From contig OY969116.1 of the NCBI GenBank assembly GCA_963698075.1, positions 83,881-147,880 on the forward strand: a stretch of 64,000 bases of DNA, given 5' to 3'. The DNA is from an uncultured Candidatus Berkelbacteria bacterium (GTDB lineage: Bacteria > Patescibacteriota > UBA1384 > UBA12157 > JAENIV01). Below, piece after piece: positions 10,813-20,740 of the stretch. The stretch's first letter is position 1, and every line of letters begins with the position of its first letter. Position numbers and translations under genes: made by a program. The notes below the pieces were generated by a model, which saw only the letters and a list, made by a program, of their open reading frames with translations, did not search any database and was not told the DNA's origin.

Positions 10813-11381
10813 ATAGAATGTTAGTTTTAAGCGCCAGCGAGCTCATATCTTAAGAAGATTCAAACCTGTCCAACAGGTTATTTTTTTGTTACTCTGGTGG
10901 GGGAGAGGTCGAAAACAATTTTCAATTTGCAATTATCAATTATCATTTCAAAATGTGCCCTCATAATTCCACACCCGGCTAAAATGGGGGAAATGCAAAT
11001 TTGATGAATTTGAACTTCAATATTCTAAGACTTTTAAAAGCTCATAGATGGTCATTATAAAAGTGCTCCATAAGATAAACAACCTAATCAGTCGTAAAAC
11101 GGATATTGTGCGTCGCTTTGTAAATGCAGTCGCTCAATATTAGCCAGATTTTACAACGTATTTATAAATCTGGCTTAGTTTTATGCCATTGCAAAATTCC
11201 GTCCATTTATTTTTAGTCAGTGAGCTTGGGATTTCTTTAGACATTAGAAATTAGTCATTAGAAATTTTAAAACAATCCCCTATTTTACCAAGCCTATACT
11301 AAAAAAGTGACCAAATTGTCACGATTAAGCCCCAGGTACTATTTATATATTATAACCTGTTAATAATGTCTCTAAAAGCCC

Positions 11382-12296
11382 CTAGGACGCGACTTTTGCA
11401 GCCGCACGAGCTTTGCGTCGCGCGCTCCAACCCTGCCAACTAACTAACAAGGGCGAAGCGTTAAAAATTGATGAATAAGTGCCAATGGCGATGCCCACCA
11501 ACAATGCCAACATAAAATGTTTTAATGTTGCCCCGCCGAGCAAAAAAAGCGCCAGTAAAACCAACAAAACCGTAAACGAAGTATTCAAAGAGCGGTTTAA
11601 AGTTTGCAAAATACTATTATTAACATTAGTTTCAAAATCCAAAGAAGGGGATTTGCGTAGATTCTCGCGAATGCGATCAAAAACCACTATCGTATCGTGG
11701 ACTGAAAAACCCATAATTGTCAAAAGGGCAGTAATAAAAAGGGAATCGACTTCATAGCCGAAAAAATGTCCCAAAATCGCGAATGCCCCAACCACAAAAG
11801 CAAGGTCGTGAATTAAGGCTAAAACCGCACAAACGCCAAAGCGCCAGGAACTCGCCGGTTTAGGAACCTTGCGAAAAGCAATTGAGATATAAATAATAAT
11901 GGCGATTGAAGCCAAAATGACGGCGATGACGGCTTTTCGTTTCAAATCCGAGCTCACCGTCGGCCCCACCGTTTCTAGCCGGTTTTGTTTGTAGCCCTCC
12001 CCTACTTTGGCAAGCGCCTCGGTTAATTTATTTTGCGTTTCAGCATCTAAGACCGGCGTCCGAATGATAAAGTCATTCCCAGACGGTTGAACATTAACAT
12101 TTTTGATACCGTTACTGTTTATAACTTCATCAATTTTTGTTTTAGCAACACTATTACTATAGGAAATATCCAACAAGGTTCCGCCCTTAAAATCAAGCCC
12201 GGTTGGTATCCCCCAAAAAATTATTGCCAAAATTCCCGGCACAATTAAAATTAAAGAAATTAAATACCAAATTTTCCGTCGGCCAATAATGTTCAT
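11382..12296 (-). CDS. secF: Protein translocase subunit SecF
   Basis: GLDFKGG, VGPTV, HDTIVVFDRIREN; ATGA overlap with secD. Confidence 0.96.
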   Translation of the reverse strand: MNIIGRRKIWYLISLILIVPGILAIIFWGIPTGLDFKGGTLLDISYSNSVAKTKIDEVINSNGIKNVNVQPSGNDFIIRTPVLDAETQNKLTEALAKVGEGYKQNRLETVGPTVSSDLKRKAVIAVILASIAIIIYISIAFRKVPKPASSWRFGVCAVLALIHDLAFVVGAFAILGHFFGYEVDSLFITALLTIMGFSVHDTIVVFDRIRENLRKSPSLDFETNVNNSILQTLNRSLNTSFTVLLVLLALFLLGGATLKHFMLALLVGIAIGTYSSIFNASPLLVSWQGWSARRKARAAAKVAS

Positions 12297-13567
12297 TTGA
12301 TCACCAATCTTTTTTCCAAAAATGTGCCAATCGCCAATCTTAAAAATGTTCGCGTAACAATAATGGCGGTAAACATTGAAACAAGAATTCCAATTGCCAA
12401 GGTCACTGCAAAACCGCGAACCAAACCGGATGTCCCATAATAAAGAATTGCGCACGTAATCAATGAAGAAAAATTAGAATCGCGAATTGACGGCCAGGCT
12501 CGCTTGAAACCTTCTTCGATTGATAAACCAATGGTTTTACCGGCGGCTAATTCTTCTTTGGTTCTTTCAAAAATTAAAATATTGGCATCAACCGCCATGC
12601 CTACCGACAAAATGAACCCTGCAATACCGGCTAAAGTCAGAGTGACAGGGATTAGTTTAAATAATGCCAAAATCACCAGCGTATAAATAAAAAGTGCCAA
12701 AATAGCTAAAAGTCCGGGGACGCGATAATAAATAATCATAAATAAGGCTACCAGCAACAAACCAATGATGCCGGCCATCAAAGATTTCTGGACTGACTCG
12801 GAGCCCAAAGTTGGCCCAATGGTACGTTGTTCTACTAAAGAGATTGGCACGGGCAAGGCTCCGGCGTTAAGTTCGATCGCCAGTTGTTTGGCCTCCTCAA
12901 TCGTAAATTTACCTGTAATCACCGCTTGACCATTTTCAATGGCACTTTGGACTGTCGGCGCGGAAATAATTTCATTATCTAATTCAATGGCCACTGGTTT
13001 TTGTAAATTATTGCGAGTGATGTCAGCAAAAAGTTTCGTCCCTTCACTGTCAAATTGAATGGCGACTTGGGGTTCACCGGTGTTTTTGTCGAACTGAACG
13101 TCCGCGCGTCGAAGATGGGCGCCTGTTAACCCTGTATCTTTCCAAATATCTTGTTCACTGGTCGCCTCAGGATTTTCTTCTAAAAATTTTAGTTGAGCGG
13201 TTTTACCGATCAAATTAATTGCTTCTCCAACATCGGTCACGCCTGGTAATTCAACGATCACCGCCTGCTTGCCGCCAATTTTTGCCCCTTGAATTACGGG
13301 TTCAGCCACACCCAAGGCGTTGACCCGACGATCAATCACGTTGACGACTGATTGGGTGGCGGTTGAGACATCTTCTGATTGGAGCCCGGAGGTATCAAGT
13401 TCAAAAACCAAATGGGCCCCACCTTGTAAATCCAAACCTTCGTGAATTTTAAGTTCTTTAAAAAAACTGCCGATAGAAATATTTGGGCCAGTCGGCCAAT
13501 CAACCAAACCCGCCAGAATCGTTAGCACCAAAATGATGCCAAAAATTATCCAAATATTGCGTCGCAA
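12293..13567 (-). CDS. secD: Protein translocase subunit SecD
   Basis: GLDLQGG, GMAVDANILIFER. Confidence 0.96.
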   Translation of the reverse strand: MRRNIWIIFGIILVLTILAGLVDWPTGPNISIGSFFKELKIHEGLDLQGGAHLVFELDTSGLQSEDVSTATQSVVNVIDRRVNALGVAEPVIQGAKIGGKQAVIVELPGVTDVGEAINLIGKTAQLKFLEENPEATSEQDIWKDTGLTGAHLRRADVQFDKNTGEPQVAIQFDSEGTKLFADITRNNLQKPVAIELDNEIISAPTVQSAIENGQAVITGKFTIEEAKQLAIELNAGALPVPISLVEQRTIGPTLGSESVQKSLMAGIIGLLLVALFMIIYYRVPGLLAILALFIYTLVILALFKLIPVTLTLAGIAGFILSVGMAVDANILIFERTKEELAAGKTIGLSIEEGFKRAWPSIRDSNFSSLITCAILYYGTSGLVRGFAVTLAIGILVSMFTAIIVTRTFLRLAIGTFLEKRLVIK

Positions 13568-13576
13568 AATATTACC

Positions 13577-14617
13577 TCACAAATACTTTTCTTTCCCCTT
13601 TTCTTTTAAACTCTCAACAATCTTTTTGACTTCCTGGGCTTTATCTTTGTGGCAAACCAAAACCACGTCAGGAGTGTCTACCACTATTATATCCTTTAGG
13701 CCAATAGTTGCAACCAACCGATCAGTTCCATGGATTAAACAGCCATTGGTCTCAACACCGAAATGGGCACAACCAATGGCGACAGTTTCGTTTTTCTTTC
13801 TCGAGAGCATCTCAAATAATTTTTTCCAATTACCGATGTCCGACCAGGCAAAATCACCGGCAACAACGGCTACCTTTCTAGTTTTTTCGGCAATCGCGTA
13901 GTCAAAGGAAATATTTTTGATTTTGGCATATTCTTGGGAAAGTTTTTTGGGCTCTTTGCTGATTCTTTCCAAGACTTGATAAATTTTTGGTTGATGAATT
14001 TTAAACAAATTCAAAATCACTTGAGGTTTTGCAATAAACATTCCCCCATTCCAAAGATATCGTCCCGAATTGACATATTTTTTAGCGGTTGCTAAATCAG
14101 GTTTTTCCACAAACTTTTCCACTTGATAAGTGTCGTTCTCAATATCTTTTCCCATTTTGATGTAGCCGAGACCTGTGTCAGGATCCGATGGTCGGATGCC
14201 AATAAGAACAAGATAATCTTTTTTAGCCGTCTCAAAGGCCCTTTTTAGGGTTTTTTGGAATTCTTTTTCTTTACCGATATAGTGATCAGCTGGCAAATAT
14301 GCGATAATCTCGGCTTTATTTTTCAATATTTCCGCCGCCAGGCCTATAGATGGGGCAGTATTGCGGATCGCCGGCTCAAGGATTAAATTATGCTTGAGGC
14401 GCGGCAATTCTCTGGCGATATCTTTAGCTTGTAAAACATTGGTAGTAATGTAGATATTTTTAAGACCAACCGCTGGAGCTAAACGCTTGACGGTATTTTT
14501 AATCATTGACTCATTATTTACCAAAGCATAAAGCTGTTTTGGTTTTTTGATTCTTGATTTTGGCCAAAGCCGCGTCCCCGACCCCCCGGCCATAATAACG
14601 ACGTAATTTGAGTTCAT
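13577..14617 (-). CDS. manC: Mannose-1-phosphate guanylyltransferase
   Basis: MAGGSGTRLWP, FVEKP, WSDIG. Confidence 0.92.
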   Translation of the reverse strand: MNSNYVVIMAGGSGTRLWPKSRIKKPKQLYALVNNESMIKNTVKRLAPAVGLKNIYITTNVLQAKDIARELPRLKHNLILEPAIRNTAPSIGLAAEILKNKAEIIAYLPADHYIGKEKEFQKTLKRAFETAKKDYLVLIGIRPSDPDTGLGYIKMGKDIENDTYQVEKFVEKPDLATAKKYVNSGRYLWNGGMFIAKPQVILNLFKIHQPKIYQVLERISKEPKKLSQEYAKIKNISFDYAIAEKTRKVAVVAGDFAWSDIGNWKKLFEMLSRKKNETVAIGCAHFGVETNGCLIHGTDRLVATIGLKDIIVVDTPDVVLVCHKDKAQEVKKIVESLKEKGKEKYL

Positions 14618-14704
14618 AAAAATATTGTACTAAAAATATGGTTTGAGGTCAAGAATAAAAGAAAAAGCCCCGGCGCTTTTTAGCAACGAGGCTTGAATCG
14701 GATG

Positions 14705-15367
14705 TTAAATACGAAGTTTACTCAAATGTTTAGCCAGTAAGACCCGTCCTTGCCCGTATTCGGTGTCATCAGTAAATATTTCTAGGCCAATGTGTTTGTA
14801 GAGCCTTAGCGCTGGTGAGTTTTGATGTGTTCTTAGGAATATTAACGGATCGTTTGTGCGGCTACGGTACTGGATTAGACATGTTTTGACAAGGGCGGTC
14901 GCTATTCCCTGCCGTCGCCAGGCTCTTTCGACACCCAGTTCATCGAAATAAACGATGGGTTGAGAGTTAGCTAACTCAAATAGTTGACTTTTAATTTTTT
15001 GACCCCAATGTTTCTCGATCTCTTCCGGAGAGATTACATAGGTCAAGGCGAAGGCGATTACTTTACCACCGGCTAATGCTGGTAGCGCGACAAAACAAAA
15101 GGCAGAGGGTCTTTGGATTTGCTTTCGGAGATCCCTTTCGACCTCTGCCGGTTTCCAGGCATCCTCAAGTTCGATCTGACAGCTTGGACAGTGTGTAAGA
15201 TGAAGATTAGCCACTTGTTCTTCGCTGAAGTATCGCCTGCAGTTTGGACACTGCTTATATTCGCCAAACGAGTCTTCGCTGCCCCACATACGATAGCAGT
15301 ACAAATCGACCAGTTGATGCATCTGTTCGTCGTTTTCTGGGTTAATCTTTTCAATGTGCCAGGACAT
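14705..15367 (-). CDS. GNAT-family N-acetyltransferase with zinc-ribbon insert
   Basis: WRRQGIATAL acetyl-CoA motif, CPNC and CPSC pairs. Confidence 0.85.
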   Translation of the reverse strand: MSWHIEKINPENDEQMHQLVDLYCYRMWGSEDSFGEYKQCPNCRRYFSEEQVANLHLTHCPSCQIELEDAWKPAEVERDLRKQIQRPSAFCFVALPALAGGKVIAFALTYVISPEEIEKHWGQKIKSQLFELANSQPIVYFDELGVERAWRRQGIATALVKTCLIQYRSRTNDPLIFLRTHQNSPALRLYKHIGLEIFTDDTEYGQGRVLLAKHLSKLRI

Positions 15368-15430
15368 CTTTGCTCCTTCGAGGCAGGATAAGAGCCTACC
15401 TAGATAGATAAGCTCACGGCTACCTCGAAG

Positions 15431-16504
15431 TTATTGAATAAATTTTTCAATCAGCTTTTTAAAAATTCTTTGACATACTTTTAGGTTTTTTATATTCACA
15501 AATTCATCTTCAACGTGGGCTTGAGCTGTTAAACCCGGCCCGAAATCAATACACGGAATGCTCAATTTATTAGCCAGTAGAGCGATATCGATATATCCTC
15601 TGTCGCGAGGATCTTGAATTGAAGTTGTTTCTAATTGTTTTTTTACTATCTCTCGAAATACTCGGTAATTCTTTTCCTCTGTCTTCCAGCCAGGTAAATT
15701 GAAATTTATCTTGTATGTGAAGATTAAATTTTGTTTTTTAAGTAAAATTTTAAGATTTTTTAAAATTTCTCCACCGGTGGCATTATAAGGACGAATATCT
15801 AAAGTGCCTTTGGCAAAATTGGGGACGCAATTCGGTTGATTAATTATTTTGTTTTTAAATTTTAGCCCCGCTTCAATATAAGCCAGATTGATTGAGCTAC
15901 CTGGATATTTTTCTTTAAGTGAGCTGATTGCCGAACCTAGGAATAATATTGGATTACGACCAAGATGTTCTTTATAAGCCGGTGCCGTTTTCCCTTTAAT
16001 TTTAAAATTCACTTCGAATAGACTCCGACAACAGTCTCCTATTTTTAAATCTGTACCATCAGCTGAGACTACTAATTGAGGTTTGATTTTGTTTGACGAG
16101 ATAAATTTAGACATGCCGGCAAAATCGTATTCCTCGCCAACGTAAAATAAAAAACCGATACCATTAAGATTTTTAGTTTCAACAAGCGCATTCAAAATAC
16201 AAGCCAACCCGCCTTTCATATCTGTCGCTCCCAAACCATAGATTCTTCCCTTTTTTATCACGGGTGATAATTGTTTTTGATTTTTTGGCGGCACAGTATC
16301 GGTATGGCCAATGAATAATAATTGAACCTCGTTTTGAGTTGCGAGAATGTTAAATCTCGAGTCGACTTTTTGTGTTTGGATTTTTAATTTAGTGTTTTGC
16401 TTTAAAAAATTATTGATAAATTCTCCGATTCTGTTTTCATCGGTGATTTTATCGACATAAGATGGGATAGAAATTAATTTTTTAGTTAGATTGATCAGGT
16501 TCAT
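15431..16504 (-). CDS. M20 family (ArgE/DapE-like) metallopeptidase
   Basis: GHTDTV, GLGATDMKGG, VGEE, AHVEDE. Confidence 0.9.
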   Translation of the reverse strand: MNLINLTKKLISIPSYVDKITDENRIGEFINNFLKQNTKLKIQTQKVDSRFNILATQNEVQLLFIGHTDTVPPKNQKQLSPVIKKGRIYGLGATDMKGGLACILNALVETKNLNGIGFLFYVGEEYDFAGMSKFISSNKIKPQLVVSADGTDLKIGDCCRSLFEVNFKIKGKTAPAYKEHLGRNPILFLGSAISSLKEKYPGSSINLAYIEAGLKFKNKIINQPNCVPNFAKGTLDIRPYNATGGEILKNLKILLKKQNLIFTYKINFNLPGWKTEEKNYRVFREIVKKQLETTSIQDPRDRGYIDIALLANKLSIPCIDFGPGLTAQAHVEDEFVNIKNLKVCQRIFKKLIEKFIQ

Positions 16505-16577
16505 CTTTGTTCTTTCTAGATACAAAAAATCCGCTTTTGATCGCGGATTGGCGAATACCGGAAAGATTTACAGATAT

Positions 16578-16881
16578 TTAGACTTTCTGTAAAGCTTTTC
16601 GGTATCCACCCGTTCCATGATGAAGCCAATAATTTATTCTCGCGATCGTTGAAGTCGACATTTCGGTTTCGGCAGAAATATTACGGAATGTATATCCTTG
16701 AGAAAGTAATTTTGCTACTTGGAAACGCCGAATAGCTTCCTGAATTTCAGCAATAGTAAAAAGATCTCTCAAGAATTTGGCTATCTCTTCAGAATTATCA
16801 ATCGAGGCTAAAACTTTGTATAACTCTTTCGCCTCACGTGTATTTAATTGTGATTCAATTTCTCTTTCTTTTCTTTTTCAT
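16578..16881 (-). CDS. TrpR-like YerC/YecD regulator; upstream ATG is one base out of frame (possible frameshift)
   Basis: FLRDLFTIAEI..RFQVAKLL..STSTIARIN..GTGGY; frame is open back to 16877; ATG at 16881 is in a different frame. Confidence 0.8.
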
Positions 16882-16898
16882 TTAAAATCCAATTCTTT

Positions 16899-16918
16899 TG
16901 ATTTAACGAATTAAATCA
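16899..16918. promoter_or_regulatory. Candidate YerC/HisR-type operator
   Basis: Palindrome TGATTTAA-cgaa-TTAAATCA just downstream of a minus-strand TTGACA-N17-TTTAAT promoter (16932-16960). Confidence 0.55.
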
Positions 16919-16989
16919 TTAAACTATAATTATTAAAACACATAGCTTTATTTTTGTCAAGACCTCAAAGAGACTTTTATAATTTAATT

Positions 16990-17244
16990 TTAGTGGAAAT
17001 TCCCATAAACTTTTTTCCACCAGTAAAACCCAAGAACGACGCCAAAGATAATGCCTAAAATTGGCAAAAGATAAATGAGCCAGAGCGGCAGCGCACAGGT
17101 GCCACCCCAAACCATCACCCATTTGACGGTATGAACGTGCTCCTCGGCCCAGCCAAGATAAACCATCTCAATGACCGCATGGACAATAAAACTTAAAATT
17201 AGCCCCAAAAAAGCAGCAAGAATAATATAAATAATTTTTTTCAT
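16990..17244 (-). CDS. Small membrane protein
   Basis: Two TM segments; translationally coupled. Confidence 0.8.
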   Translation of the reverse strand: MKKIIYIILAAFLGLILSFIVHAVIEMVYLGWAEEHVHTVKWVMVWGGTCALPLWLIYLLPILGIIFGVVLGFYWWKKVYGNFH

Positions 17245-17735
17245 TGTTTAGTTCCTTTTATCCACCGGGCGACTTTCTTCCCACCGAGAATTTTATAGAG
17301 CATTCTTAGTTCGTCGTATATACCCTCAATCAATTTATATTTTTTAGCTTCTTTGAAACTCACCCAGGCAAAGTCCACTTGGTCTTTAGCTAATTTGACT
17401 TTGCCGCCAGCCCAGTCGGCATAATAACTCAAGGTCACCACCGGGATATTATCCGGACGAATAAAAACCAAGTCGCAAAGGTAGCGAATATTTTTAATTT
17501 TTAAACCTACTTCCTCCATCACCTCGCGTTTTAAAAGTTTTTCGGTGATATTGTACCATTGATTGACGCCATCCTTAGGTAATTTGATATAATCGTTTGT
17601 TTCTAATTTTCCTCCGGGCACAGTCCATTCATTGGGAAAGGCTTTTTCCCACGGTGCCCGTTTGGTAATTAAAAATTTCCCATCTTTGATGATAATCGCC
17701 GTCGCCACTACATAATGAAATTTGGTGTTTTCCAT
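17241..17735 (-). CDS. NUDIX hydrolase
   Basis: PGG...KREVMEEVGL Nudix box. Confidence 0.9.
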   Translation of the reverse strand: MENTKFHYVVATAIIIKDGKFLITKRAPWEKAFPNEWTVPGGKLETNDYIKLPKDGVNQWYNITEKLLKREVMEEVGLKIKNIRYLCDLVFIRPDNIPVVTLSYYADWAGGKVKLAKDQVDFAWVSFKEAKKYKLIEGIYDELRMLYKILGGKKVARWIKGTKQ

Positions 17736-18313
17736 TAGATTAATTTTTTTCTTTTAGCTTCTTTTAATAAAATATTATAAATTTTCATAACTTTATCATT
17801 CTCTATTACATATTCTCTTTTGTAATCATCGATGTGTCTATATGTAATTCCTCTTTCTTTCCACATTTTTCCGTGACTGACGATCCCTTGTAAAATTGGT
17901 TGCATTTTATCGAATGACTGAACCAGTTTTGCCTCTTTAGATTTTCGATTTTCGTATTCATTGAATAAATCAATAAAATCTTTTCGTAAATTTTTCGGTA
18001 GTCGATCAAATAATTTTTTCGCCGCTTTTTCTTCTCTTTCTTTTTTGTTTTTTCTCGCTTCAGAGTCGAATGAAAAGGTATCTCCAGCATAGATTTCTAC
18101 CAAATCATGGACTAAGGCCATTTTTAACATTTTGGCGGTGTTAAGGCCGGGAAAATCTTTTTCAAATAAAATTACGAATAAAGCCACATGCCAAGAATGC
18201 TCCGCATCATTTTCGCGTCTAAATGATGAGAGGTAAGTTTGGCGATCAATTAATTTCAATTTTTCGATTTCTTTCAAAAACGAAATAAGTTGATTAATTC
18301 TTTTGGAGTTCAT
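17735..18313 (-). CDS. HD-domain phosphohydrolase (YfbR/HDDC2-like)
   Basis: RENDAEHSW, VHDLVEIYAGD. Confidence 0.9.
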   Translation of the reverse strand: MNSKRINQLISFLKEIEKLKLIDRQTYLSSFRRENDAEHSWHVALFVILFEKDFPGLNTAKMLKMALVHDLVEIYAGDTFSFDSEARKNKKEREEKAAKKLFDRLPKNLRKDFIDLFNEYENRKSKEAKLVQSFDKMQPILQGIVSHGKMWKERGITYRHIDDYKREYVIENDKVMKIYNILLKEAKRKKLI

Positions 18314-18978
18314 CTTTTAAGTTCTCTTAAAGCGTCTTTGGCAATCCACCTCGCCGACGGCTCGGTGTAAACTTTTAATATTTCTCGGGCAGTTTGAATC
18401 GCCTCCCCTCGTAGATAATTATTACGTTTACCGATTTGGCGCAAGGCCCAGTTAACAGCCTTTTTGACAAAATTGCGTTCGTCAGTGGATTCACATTTTA
18501 TGATCGGCAAAAATTCAATAAATGTCCGATCACTAGCTTTTTTGTCATGTACTGCCAAGGCTGCCATTAAAACAAACCCGGCGCGCTTGACATATTCTTT
18601 TTGTCGCTTGGTCCACTCCCCTATTTTTTTTAAGGCATATGGTGTTTTATCGAAAAGATTTGAACAAACACAATCGCAAACATCCCATGAATCAAAATCT
18701 TTTACCCAGCTTTCCATTTGTTTTTCAGTGACTTTATTCGGATCGTCAATATGGCCCGCTAAAATTCGTGCTTCGTGAATCTCGGAATCCCAAAGTTCCT
18801 GGGCTAATTGATGACGGTCAACATTGCTTTTTTTAATATCACGCGCCATTTTACGAATAATCGGAATATTAGGACCGCCTAAGACATTTTTCCCCACGAT
18901 TCCAAATCGCGCCTTCCCAGCGGCATTCTTTGGATTGGCATAAGATTTAAGTTTTTGGATAATTCCTTTTTCAGTCAT
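18310..18978 (-). CDS. DNA alkylation repair protein (AlkD-like)
   Basis: DSWDVCD, DERNFVKKAVNWALRQIGKRN. Confidence 0.9.
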   Translation of the reverse strand: MTEKGIIQKLKSYANPKNAAGKARFGIVGKNVLGGPNIPIIRKMARDIKKSNVDRHQLAQELWDSEIHEARILAGHIDDPNKVTEKQMESWVKDFDSWDVCDCVCSNLFDKTPYALKKIGEWTKRQKEYVKRAGFVLMAALAVHDKKASDRTFIEFLPIIKCESTDERNFVKKAVNWALRQIGKRNNYLRGEAIQTAREILKVYTEPSARWIAKDALRELKR

Positions 18979-20035
18979 ATAAAATATCTACTTTCATAAC
19001 TTTATCGAGGCCTACAGATTGTACAGCTTTCTGTGCAGCATTTAGAAATTCATCGCCGAAAGTGTATTTATAGAGGGACCTGTTCGCCCAGTCAGGGACA
19101 AAAACTAATCTGCAGCCTTTGGTTTTTGACTCACCATATTTCTCTTTGAAAAACAAATATGCTTCATAAGAATGTTGGAAAAGTCTTTCAAACGTTTTCC
19201 CATAGATTTTGTATACCTCTTCTAGGGTTATAGCATAAGACTGGGACCGGCCATAGAATAATATCGGTTTTCCTATTTTGCCTTTGCCTTGCTTTATTTC
19301 AAATTCGAATTGAACACCAGCAGTGGTATACTCGCCCCTACCTTTTATTTTGTCATTTTCATATGAATTAAGAAACCTGACCGCTGCTTGTTCTATTCGT
19401 GATTTCATTTTCCTCACATCGTTTGAATCGCATACTGACATAGAATAATTTGTCGTAAGGTGCCACTCTGTTCTTCTATAATTTTTATTATAAACAGATC
19501 TTTTTAGTAACTCATTACCGAGATAGCTTTGCAAAGGATCAAGGCTACTTACAGATTTGACAGAGGCATAAAATTCTTGATTATTCTCGTAAAGAATTAG
19601 ATCAAATCCCTGATTATTTGCTGGAGCAAATTTGATTTTTACACCGAGATTCTTGGTTAAAGCCGAAGCTGCATATAGTTCGGCATAGTAATCATAAAAA
19701 TTTTCTTTCCAAAAGCTATCCCTTAAGGTTTTAAAAATACTGTCGTGGCCTTCAAATTGGTATGCTTGTTTTAATAAACCTTCTGTTCGTTTTAAACCAT
19801 CGATATCTAAAGCTAAAGATAGGATTATATTGTTTTTAGATAGTTCAGAAACATTCTTTTTATTTATTGATCGTAATTTTTTCAATTGACAGACGGCGCT
19901 AGTAATCTTGTTTCCAAATTCTTTTTTTATGATTGGGTATTTTTCTTGGTTCGCTAAGATATTGCTGACATATTCTTTCATAGAGTGCTTGTAAATTATA
20001 TTCCCTGGATTAGTCTTCTTAAAATATTCGTTCAT
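18971..20035 (-). CDS. AT-rich hypothetical protein, possible PD-(D/E)XK-like fold
   Basis: 354-aa ORF; YAEL...GFDLIL..FYASVK pattern. Confidence 0.7.
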   Translation of the reverse strand: MNEYFKKTNPGNIIYKHSMKEYVSNILANQEKYPIIKKEFGNKITSAVCQLKKLRSINKKNVSELSKNNIILSLALDIDGLKRTEGLLKQAYQFEGHDSIFKTLRDSFWKENFYDYYAELYAASALTKNLGVKIKFAPANNQGFDLILYENNQEFYASVKSVSSLDPLQSYLGNELLKRSVYNKNYRRTEWHLTTNYSMSVCDSNDVRKMKSRIEQAAVRFLNSYENDKIKGRGEYTTAGVQFEFEIKQGKGKIGKPILFYGRSQSYAITLEEVYKIYGKTFERLFQHSYEAYLFFKEKYGESKTKGCRLVFVPDWANRSLYKYTFGDEFLNAAQKAVQSVGLDKVMKVDILYD

Positions 20036-20087
20036 TTAATTGATTTAAATTTTTAATATAAACATTTTGGGTTTTAACTTTTACAAA

Positions 20088-20132
20088 TACACCTTTCCCA
20101 ATACACCTTCGAGGTGTAAATGCCGAGGTGTC
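20088..20132. repeat. Nested TACACCT/AGGTGTA palindrome (candidate REP)
   Basis: TACACCT..TACACCT-tcg-AGGTGTA..AGGTGT. Confidence 0.6.
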
Positions 20133-20138
20133 ATTTTG

Positions 20139-20723
20139 TTACCTGTTGAGGTTGTCGTTAATAATTTTTTCAACTTCAGCTATAGCCTGCTCCGGGTGAC
20201 CTTCGGGATTGACAACTGAATAATCGTAAAATTTTTCATATTCAGCTTCTTTTTTGGCGGTGGCGATGCGCGTTTGAATTTCTTCTTCTGAGACTTCTCC
20301 ACGTGCGGGATCGTTTTTGATACGATTACGAATTGCCTGCTCGATATTATCGCCTTCATATTTTATAAAGATCAAAATCGTATCGGGCATTATTTTCCTG
20401 ATTTGTCTTGCACCTTTAACATCAATTTCCATTAAAACATTTTTGCCGCTATTGATAGCATTATTTATTTGTTCTTTGGGCGTACCGTACATTTCGCCAT
20501 GAACTTGAGCATATTCTAGGAATTCGTCCTTTTCAATCATTTCTTGGAATTTTTCCGGATAAACAAAATAGTGATCTTCACCTGGGATTTCCTCCGGTCT
20601 TTGCTCGCGGGTTGTACAAGTCACCGAGCGATGGAATTCGGGATGTTTTGCCAAAACGGCTTTAAGAATCGTATTCTTGCCGACGCCCGACTGACCCGAT
20701 AAGATAAATAGTTTACCTTTCAT
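20139..20723 (-). CDS. gmk: Guanylate kinase
   Basis: SGQSGVGK, TTR..RPEE, YGT, EIDVKG. Confidence 0.95.
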   Translation of the reverse strand: MKGKLFILSGQSGVGKNTILKAVLAKHPEFHRSVTCTTREQRPEEIPGEDHYFVYPEKFQEMIEKDEFLEYAQVHGEMYGTPKEQINNAINSGKNVLMEIDVKGARQIRKIMPDTILIFIKYEGDNIEQAIRNRIKNDPARGEVSEEEIQTRIATAKKEAEYEKFYDYSVVNPEGHPEQAIAEVEKIINDNLNR

Positions 20724-20740
20724 ATTATTAGCCTAACATA

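Noticed and set aside
10895-10912. TGGTGGGGGAGAGG, whose reverse complement ends in CCCCCACCA like a tRNA or tmRNA 3' end
   Set aside because: No TTCRA T-loop at the proper spacing and no matching 5' acceptor strand nearby.
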